Part shown: piece by piece, positions 9,716 to 16,478 of the stretch
Position numbering within the stretch: the stretch's first letter is position 1
How the letters are laid out: the number at the start of each line of letters is the position of its first letter
From: Candidatus Woesearchaeota archaeon
GTDB lineage: Archaea > Nanobdellota > Nanobdellia > SCGC-AAA011-G17 > JACPIM01
Length of the DNA: 52,476 bases
Assembly (NCBI GenBank): GCA_964457785.1
Contig: CAYWEX010000001.1
Location: 1 to 52,476, forward strand
Direction: 5' to 3'
Notes under the pieces: generated by a model
What the model saw: only the letters and a program-made list of their open reading frames with translations
Database searches by the model: none
What the model was told of the DNA's origin: nothing
Translations under genes and position numbers: made by a program

Positions 9716-10423
9716 TTAACCTATCGTGAAATAAATCCTTTTCCTGCCTTTGCCTTTATTATCTAATTTTAGAAAAATAATTTCACCTATTTCAGTTATA
9801 TTTTTTACATGAGTTCCGCCATCAGCTTCAATATCAATATTTTCAATTTCAACAATTCTTAATTCTTTTACATCTGGAGGAAAAGCTATTCCCAATTTCA
9901 CTATTCCAGGAATTTTCAAAGCTTCATCTTTAGGCAATAAATAATTTTTAACCAAAGCCCCTTTCTTTATTAATTCATTTGCTTTCTTTATATATCTTAT
10001 AATTCTTTCTTTAGAAATTTCATAATCCAAATCAAATCTGGTCTTGTCAACATCGATTTCATTTCCAGTAATCATTGCCTTTAATGAATCGTAAATAACA
10101 GAGTGAAGCAAATGAATTGCAGTATGCATTCTCATTAATTTATATCTTCTGGTCCAATCTATAATTCCCTTTACTTTATCGCCTTTTTTTAAGATATTTA
10201 TAGGTTCGACTGAAAGCAAAACTTTATCCTCGTTTTTTTCTGCTGAAATAACTTTTACAAGTTTATTATCAGTAGTTTTTATTTCCCCAAAATCACTTGG
10301 CTGCCCGCCACCTCTTGCATAAAAAGCAGATTGATTAAGAATTATTTTATTATCCTGAATATCTTCAATAATAGCATCAAATTCTTTTAAATAAGAATCA
10401 ATAAGTTCTAATCTTTTTGTCAT
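9716..10423 (-). CDS. alaXM: Alanyl-tRNA editing protein AlaX-M
   Basis: FYARGGGQPSD, HTAIH and DGGTHV motifs. Start taken at MTKRL because the upstream extension is a repeat element. Confidence 0.93.
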   Translation of the reverse strand: MTKRLELIDSYLKEFDAIIEDIQDNKIILNQSAFYARGGGQPSDFGEIKTTDNKLVKVISAEKNEDKVLLSVEPINILKKGDKVKGIIDWTRRYKLMRMHTAIHLLHSVIYDSLKAMITGNEIDVDKTRFDLDYEISKERIIRYIKKANELIKKGALVKNYLLPKDEALKIPGIVKLGIAFPPDVKELRIVEIENIDIEADGGTHVKNITEIGEIIFLKLDNKGKGRKRIYFTIG

Positions 10424-10498
10424 GTTTTTGATTAAACTTTTGTTCAACTCTGTTGAACTTATGTCAAAGTTAGAAACTTGTGACATTTTCTTAAAAGT

Positions 10499-10855
10499 TT
10501 AGATTTCTTCCATTCCGTCTTTTGTAATAGCCACTAGTCTTATACCTATTCCTAATTTTAACAAAGCAGACATTAAAGCCATATGCTCTTTGCCTGAACC
10601 AGAAATAAAGTTTACACCTACTTCAGTACCTGTTATCTTGTCTTTTAATTTAGTGAAAATATCTTCTCTTAATTCTTTTATTCCTTGATTTGGATTAATT
10701 ACAATAAATTCAGTTTTTTCATTTTTATTGAAATTTTCCTTACCATATTCGTTTGTGACGAGAATTACTTTATCCCAGTTATTTTCCTGGATTAACCTGT
10801 TTACATGACCCCAAGTTCCAGTTCCAGTAGACAAGCAAGCTATTAATTCTGGCAT
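10499..10855 (-). CDS. Conserved hypothetical protein, possibly a CARF-like Rossmann fold
   Basis: LSTGTGTW and VNFISGSGKEHMAL motifs. Confidence 0.7.
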   Translation of the reverse strand: MPELIACLSTGTGTWGHVNRLIQENNWDKVILVTNEYGKENFNKNEKTEFIVINPNQGIKELREDIFTKLKDKITGTEVGVNFISGSGKEHMALMSALLKLGIGIRLVAITKDGMEEI

Positions 10856-11313
10856 TCTGCTCCTGTTAAACTTGGTTGGAAAAAGACAGCTTGTTCTTCT
10901 TCTGTCATCTTGTCAAATCTTTTAGCAGCCTCTTCTAACTGTCTTATATCTTTTTCTACAATAACCATAAGATTTTTTCCTTGTGCCTGAAACCTTTCCT
11001 TAATTTTCATAAGGGCTTTTTTTTGCCTAGGATGAAGTAATTCTTGTTTTTTTCTGCCAAGTTTTAATATATCTTGGATAGACTGCTTGTTTATATCAAC
11101 AGGTTTAAGATCTGAGGATTTTAATCTTCTTAAGGCATTTACCAAAGCTTCACAACTATTCAATATTTTATTTTCTGTTGAAATACTTTCCAAAAATCCA
11201 CCCAATGCAGTTGGATAGTTTAATACAACAGTATCTGGAACATAAATTATATTTCTATCTCTATACAGTTGTCTTATAAGAAAAGAGTTGTATAAATCAT
11301 TTTGCGTTATCAT
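10843..11313 (-). CDS. Hypothetical protein (paralog of 11360-11839)
   Basis: Shares YVPDTVVLNY and FQAQGKNLMVIVEKDI-like blocks with its neighbour. Confidence 0.75.
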   Translation of the reverse strand: MITQNDLYNSFLIRQLYRDRNIIYVPDTVVLNYPTALGGFLESISTENKILNSCEALVNALRRLKSSDLKPVDINKQSIQDILKLGRKKQELLHPRQKKALMKIKERFQAQGKNLMVIVEKDIRQLEEAAKRFDKMTEEEQAVFFQPSLTGAECQN

Positions 11314-11359
11314 GTTAATTTTTGTAAAATATAAGATTTTTATTACTTTCTATTTATTT

Positions 11360-11839
11360 TTAATATTCTTTTTTTGCGATTACATCATCAACTATTTCAT
11401 CTATTTTACTATCTGTCAAGTTATCAAGAGCTGTTTTTTCTTTTTCTAAGTCTCTTTCTATTATATCCATAAGATCTCTTCCTTTGCCTTTAAACTGAAG
11501 CCAGGCTTTTCTAAGAGTTTCTTTTTTCTTTAAGTCTAATTGTGCAACTTTAGTTTGAGAAGAACTATATAATTTTCTTACTTTTCCCCCAAGATCTCGA
11601 AGAAAAGCAACTTGCTGAGCAGTTACTGAGACAAGCTTAATATTTCTTGAATTTTCTCTTTTTAACTCTAAAACCATTTGATCCATAATATCCAGAGTTT
11701 CTTGATCATCACTAAGACTTTTAAGAATGCCATCTTGGTAGTTAAAAACTACACTTCCTGGAACATGCAAGTATGTCCAATCTTCCTTTGGATGATTTAC
11801 TAAATATACGTCTATCCTGCTTGGTATTGAGTTTTTCAT
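11360..11839 (-). CDS. Hypothetical protein (paralog of 10843-11313)
   Basis: HVPGSVVFNY and FKGKGRDLMDIIERDL blocks. Confidence 0.75.
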   Translation of the reverse strand: MKNSIPSRIDVYLVNHPKEDWTYLHVPGSVVFNYQDGILKSLSDDQETLDIMDQMVLELKRENSRNIKLVSVTAQQVAFLRDLGGKVRKLYSSSQTKVAQLDLKKKETLRKAWLQFKGKGRDLMDIIERDLEKEKTALDNLTDSKIDEIVDDVIAKKEY

Positions 11840-11929
11840 ATAAATTTTACAAAATAAAAGCTTTTTATTACTTTCGTTTTTAAGATATATATGGAAAAGT
11901 ATATATCATAGTAAATATTTCATACTAAA

Positions 11930-12691
11930 ATGAGAAATAAACACTTAAGAATATTTGAATACAGCATCTTTTTTTTAATAGGGTTTTTATTGGCAGTATT
12001 TTTATTTTCTGGAACTAGTTTTCAAGGACAAGTTATCAGAGAAACTGAGGTTATAGAAAAAGAAACTCTAGTTACTAAAGCTTCTGCTAATATTGTTGCT
12101 GTATCTTCTTTAGATAACTCAGGCATCTTAGGCAAAGTTAATGTTGAAATAACAGAAGGTGATGGAAAGATATTAGTTAATACAAATCCTTTTTTAGAGC
12201 CAGATTTACAACAAAGCGCAAATATTGCTGCTATAGTTGCGCAAAAAATAGCAATTGAAAAACTAAAAAACAGGAATTTGATTTATACATTTGATGTAGG
12301 AGAAGCTAATGTATTAGGAGGACATTCTGCTGGGGCAGCAATGACTATGGCAACATTATCTGCTTTACTTGTAAAAGAATTAAAAGATGATGTTGTTATT
12401 ACAGGAACTATTAGAGAAGATGGAGTCATTGGTCCTGTTGGCGGATTAATAGAAAAAGCACAAGCAGCTTCTGAACATAATAAAAAAATATTTTTAATAC
12501 CAAAGGGACAAAGCGAGCTAACTTATTATGAAAAAGAAGTTAGAAAGAAGAAAGTTGATAGTGGAACTGTTACTAGAACTTATTATATTCCCAAAACTTT
12601 TGATTTAGTTGCATATGGAAGAGATGAATTAGGAATTGAAGTTAAAGAAGTGGAAACTATTTATGATGTTATGGATTTAATGCTCAAGTAA
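11930..12691 (+). CDS. Membrane-anchored Lon-type (S16) protease domain protein
   Basis: N-terminal TM; GHSAGAAM, TGTI and GPVGGLIEK (Ser-Lys dyad); no AAA+ domain. Confidence 0.9.
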   Translation: MRNKHLRIFEYSIFFLIGFLLAVFLFSGTSFQGQVIRETEVIEKETLVTKASANIVAVSSLDNSGILGKVNVEITEGDGKILVNTNPFLEPDLQQSANIAAIVAQKIAIEKLKNRNLIYTFDVGEANVLGGHSAGAAMTMATLSALLVKELKDDVVITGTIREDGVIGPVGGLIEKAQAASEHNKKIFLIPKGQSELTYYEKEVRKKKVDSGTVTRTYYIPKTFDLVAYGRDELGIEVKEVETIYDVMDLMLK

Positions 12692-12729
12692 AGCTTTTTT
12701 CTAAAAAGTTTTAGCAAAAAGAAAAAAAG

Positions 12730-12960
12730 ATGAGGAAGAAAATTAATTTTAAATTGAATAAAGGAGAAATATGCTTGGTTTTAGCAGGAACATTAATTGG
12801 TGGAATAATTGGTTATTCTCAGGCTCCATTAATTTATTGCATTAGAGCACCTTGCAACCAAATATATCAAATTCCTTATACAATTTATGGACTTTTAATT
12901 GGCGGAGCTTTAACTTATTTAATTGAAGTAATTCACAATAATTTTAGGCGAAGACCTTAG
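12730..12960 (+). CDS. Small 2-TM membrane protein with a CIRAPC loop
   Basis: Two hydrophobic helices; paralog of the next gene (LIGGIxGY...LTYLIEVI). Confidence 0.75.
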   Translation: MRKKINFKLNKGEICLVLAGTLIGGIIGYSQAPLIYCIRAPCNQIYQIPYTIYGLLIGGALTYLIEVIHNNFRRRP

Positions 12961-13002
12961 TAAAAAGAAATATTTATAATAAAGAGATTGTAAATTCTAA
13001 TT

Positions 13003-13236
13003 ATGTGTTTTAAATTAAGCAAGAAACAAATTATAATTTTAGTTGTGGTTTCTTTGATTGGTGGAATTTTGGGTTATTTGCATGCCTCATTTTTCTCGGG
13101 AGTTCAATGCTTAATTAAAGGAGAACAAACTATATGTCCATCAGATCCGCGATTAATTCTTATGTTTTTTTCCTTTCTAGTTTTTGGAGTTTTAACTTAT
13201 TTAATTGAAGTAATTTATAACTATCTTAGAAAATAA
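13003..13236 (+). CDS. Small 2-TM membrane protein (paralog of 12730-12960)
   Basis: LIGGILGY...LTYLIEVI; two loop cysteines. Confidence 0.75.
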   Translation: MCFKLSKKQIIILVVVSLIGGILGYLHASFFSGVQCLIKGEQTICPSDPRLILMFFSFLVFGVLTYLIEVIYNYLRK

Positions 13237-13278
13237 ATCTTTTTTCGAAAATCTTCCGGATTTTTCGGAAACTTTTCA

Positions 13279-13362
13279 CCCCTTTATAAATTTCACTGGA
13301 CAAATTCACTGGACATTTCGGGGACCGGCCTAGCGCTTATAAATAAAATCGTCTTATTCTTG
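13279..13362 (-). repeat. 84-bp perfect inverted repeat, right copy
   Basis: Exact reverse complement of 8491-8574; abuts the ATG of the LAGLIDADG gene. Confidence 0.95.
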
Positions 13363-14088
13363 ATGATGAAATATAAAACTATTAATAAAGAAGAACTGTT
13401 GTCTTATTTTTCTATAAATCAAAAAAATAAATTATTTGAATTAAATCTCTCTAAATTAACAAAACCAATTTTCATAAATTTACCGTTTATTTTAAATGAA
13501 GAAGTTTCTTCTTTAATGGGTTTAATGCCTGATGGTAGTTTAATAAAAGATCTAATGAGAGTATTTTTCACCCAGAAAAAAGATCCGCGAAAAATAGAAC
13601 TCTTTAATGATTTAATAATTAAGATATTTTCAACAAAGATTAAATTATTTAGAAAAGAAAATTCCAAAGGCAAACAAATCTATGTAAATTCAAAAACTTT
13701 GGCTTGGTTTTTGTATTATATCCTTAAACTTCCTAAATCAGATGAACAAATGAGAATACCTGGTTGGATTTTTGAATCACCAAAAAGTGTAAAAATAGCT
13801 TATCTTCAACAAGCATTCGATATGGAAGGTACAATTTTAAAAAAACTTACTGAAATAAGATTTGTAAGTGGAGATGAACTTTTCGCTAAAGACATATATA
13901 GTTTATTAAATAGTTTAGAAATAAAATCTCATCTTACATATGCCCCAAGATTTAAACAGCCTAACGGGCAATACAGAGTTTCTATTTACAGAAGAGAAAA
14001 TTTTGAGAAATTTAAGGAAATAAGTTTTAGAATTCCATTCTTAGAAAATAGATTTAATTTATTATTACAAAAATACGAAATTTTATAA
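13363..14088 (+). CDS. Free-standing LAGLIDADG-family endonuclease-like protein
   Basis: Two motifs (LMGLMPDGSL and YLQQAFDMEGTI) plus IPGWIF; no intein splicing termini. Confidence 0.85.
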   Translation: MMKYKTINKEELLSYFSINQKNKLFELNLSKLTKPIFINLPFILNEEVSSLMGLMPDGSLIKDLMRVFFTQKKDPRKIELFNDLIIKIFSTKIKLFRKENSKGKQIYVNSKTLAWFLYYILKLPKSDEQMRIPGWIFESPKSVKIAYLQQAFDMEGTILKKLTEIRFVSGDELFAKDIYSLLNSLEIKSHLTYAPRFKQPNGQYRVSIYRRENFEKFKEISFRIPFLENRFNLLLQKYEIL

Positions 14089-14126
14089 ATAGCTTTTTTG
14101 ACAGATTTAATACGTTCCTGGATCAT

Positions 14127-14283
14127 AGCGGAGTTTTGTTAAGAACTATCTTAAAAAATCGCAATAGGACAGCCAGGAGCGCATTAAGTGTTTATGCACT
14201 GAATGTCCGTCGGGCTCATAACCCGAAGGTCGGTGGAGGTAGGTTTGGATATCTATCGCCGAATTCAAATCCACTCTCCGCTA
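14127..14283 (+). tRNA. Initiator tRNA-Met(CAT) with three non-canonical introns (14134-14164, 14180-14203, 14237-14263)
   Basis: Removing the three inserts gives AGCGGAG TA GGAC AGCCAGGAGT GTCC G TCGGG CTCATAA CCCGA AGGTC GGTGG TTCAAAT CCACT CTCCGCT A. It has A1-U72 and three G-C pairs in the anticodon stem, and each junction forms a BHB-like motif. Confidence 0.93.
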
Positions 14284-15276
14284 TTTTATACTTATCTCAT
14301 TCCCTTCAATTTTAAATTTAACATCCAAGAATTTCTCAATAACTTCAATATTTGATTTAATGTGGTCTGTAATTTTGCTTGAGATAATTTTGCCTTTTTT
14401 AGCCAAAGCCATATAGATCAATAATTGGTCAGCTGTAAAATAATCGACTGTAGAATTGGCATTGATTTCTTTTGATAAATTAGCAGCACAATCTTTCCCT
14501 ATATCTTCTGCTTTAACTCCTAATTTTCCTAATGTTGTATAACCTATAAGAGTTTTTTGATATTTAGCAAAGCCAGAAATAAAACATCCAGGATCTAAGG
14601 AAGCTACATATTGCTTATTAGTTTCCAAATCATGATCAATAATGCTTGCAAATCCATCTAATAATCTTTGAGCTACTTCCTGGTCTCTCAAGCTTTGAGA
14701 AGAAACAGCAAAAGCATAAATTTTTTCTAAGTTACCTCTTTCAATTAAGTTTAATGGCTTTAATTTTTTACAAGGCATAATTTTAGCAATAATTTGTCCA
14801 CCACCTTTAGGAACAAACCCTTCTTTTTCGACATTTACTGTTACTTCTATGTTCATTAATCTTAATAATTGCAAAAAAACTGCTTTTATGTAAAAGGCAG
14901 GTGGGGCCAGCGGGTTTGAAGTACCGCCACTTATTTTTAAAGTTGATTTTTCTTTAGCAAATAATAAAGAAGGAAGTAATGTCTGCAGAACTAAAGTTGT
15001 TGAACCAGCAGTACCAATATCAAATGCATAATTTCCAGGAATAACTTTCGACGGCTTAAATTCCAATTCTTTTGAATGAATAGCATTTCCCTTAACCTGA
15101 GCACTACAAATTTTTGCTGCAGCATTAACAGCTGTCAAATGCTGATTTTGCAAACCTGGTTTTTCTCTTTTACCTCTTATATTATTAAATTTGAATGGTT
15201 TTTGGGTTAAAACTGACAAACTTAAGCTTGTACGAAGAGTTTGCCCTCCGGAATTTGCGCCATCTATCACTATCAT
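14281..15276 (-). CDS. rtcA: RNA 3'-terminal phosphate cyclase
   Basis: GGQTLRT, REKPGLQNQH, GTAGS, GGT, PKGGG, ADQL and TDH motifs. Confidence 0.95.
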   Translation of the reverse strand: MIVIDGANSGGQTLRTSLSLSVLTQKPFKFNNIRGKREKPGLQNQHLTAVNAAAKICSAQVKGNAIHSKELEFKPSKVIPGNYAFDIGTAGSTTLVLQTLLPSLLFAKEKSTLKISGGTSNPLAPPAFYIKAVFLQLLRLMNIEVTVNVEKEGFVPKGGGQIIAKIMPCKKLKPLNLIERGNLEKIYAFAVSSQSLRDQEVAQRLLDGFASIIDHDLETNKQYVASLDPGCFISGFAKYQKTLIGYTTLGKLGVKAEDIGKDCAANLSKEINANSTVDYFTADQLLIYMALAKKGKIISSKITDHIKSNIEVIEKFLDVKFKIEGNEISIK

Positions 15277-15310
15277 ATATATACCAAAACACTCCTATTT
15301 AAAAAATGAT

Positions 15311-16222
15311 TTAATTTCCTATGTATTTTGAGAATAGGCTTTTTGCTTCTTTTTCGTCTTTAGCCTTGATTAAAGCCTTATTCTTGAATAAAGATATAGG
15401 CAGATTTTCCTTTTTTAACCTATTATTTACTTTGTCAAAATCAAAATTTCCCTTGATTAAGTAATTCGAACTGCCGCAGAATTTAACTATTTCTTTTGAT
15501 TTTTTACCTTCCAAGTAATCAAATATTTGGTTAGAACAAACAGAACAATCTCTGCTTTTATTTATTTTTATTTTAATTAATTCATTAATTTTTAAATTAA
15601 AGTAAATTAAATCTTTTTCATGTTCCTGATTTAACAATATCTTAATAGCTTCATTAACTTGCAGGCTTGAGATTAAATGTGTAGTTGAATTTAGAACACC
15701 AAAAGTTTCACAAGTTTCCAAACCTTGAATTTCCTTGAAAATGCAATTAAAGCAAGTTTCTTCAGGAATTATATTAAACAAATATCCTTCATTTCCAATT
15801 GCTGAGGCATAAATAAAAGGAATTTTATTTTTTACTGAAAATTCATTTATTAAAAATCTAGTTTCTAAATTGTCAGTGCAATCTAAAATTAAATCAGATT
15901 TAAATAAGTTAATATTTTCATTATCTAAATTGTCAAAATAAGATATGATTTCTGTTTCTGTATTTAGTTTATTTAATTTTTCTTTTATTACTCTGGCTTT
16001 GCTTTTTCCAACATCTTCTTCTGTATACAAAGATTGTCTCTGCAAATTATGCAGTTCTATACTATCTCTGTCAATTAAAATTAATTTTTTTATTCCTGCT
16101 CTTGCTAATAATTCTGCTGAAACAGAACCAACAGCACCAAGACCAATTATTGAAACTGTTTTTCTTGATAATAATTTTTGATTGGCTTTTCCTAACAATC
16201 TTTCCTGCCTTATATATCGCAT
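15311..16222 (-). CDS. ThiF/MoeB/UbaA (E1-like) adenylyltransferase
   Basis: RYIRQ, GLGAVG, DRD..ELHNLQRQ, DCTDN and CxxC pairs. Confidence 0.93.
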   Translation of the reverse strand: MRYIRQERLLGKANQKLLSRKTVSIIGLGAVGSVSAELLARAGIKKLILIDRDSIELHNLQRQSLYTEEDVGKSKARVIKEKLNKLNTETEIISYFDNLDNENINLFKSDLILDCTDNLETRFLINEFSVKNKIPFIYASAIGNEGYLFNIIPEETCFNCIFKEIQGLETCETFGVLNSTTHLISSLQVNEAIKILLNQEHEKDLIYFNLKINELIKIKINKSRDCSVCSNQIFDYLEGKKSKEIVKFCGSSNYLIKGNFDFDKVNNRLKKENLPISLFKNKALIKAKDEKEAKSLFSKYIGN

Positions 16223-16478
16223 AGAAAATATATTTTCCAGTGTATTTTTAAACTTTTTGAGAAGGCTTTTTTCTAAAAAGCTTAAGCAAAAAACTGAGAA
16301 TTTATTTTGATAGTATAAGGCGAGAGAAGGTAATTTTTAGAAAAGTATAATTCTACTTCAAAGTTACTAAGTAATCTTTATATAATATCTTAATTTAATA
16401 AAAATATTTCATTATATCTGATTAAAAAGATAATTATTTATATATAAAAATCATTTTAAGAGAAGGGGTGATAATAGA

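Noticed and set aside
10424-10486. N-terminal extension of AlaX in the ORF track
   Set aside because: It corresponds to the structured intergenic repeat; the family-typical start is MTKRL at 10423.
8491-13362. Inverted repeats as the ends of a composite transposon
   Set aside because: No transposase or recombinase is encoded inside or nearby, no target-site duplication is evident, and the cargo is housekeeping genes.
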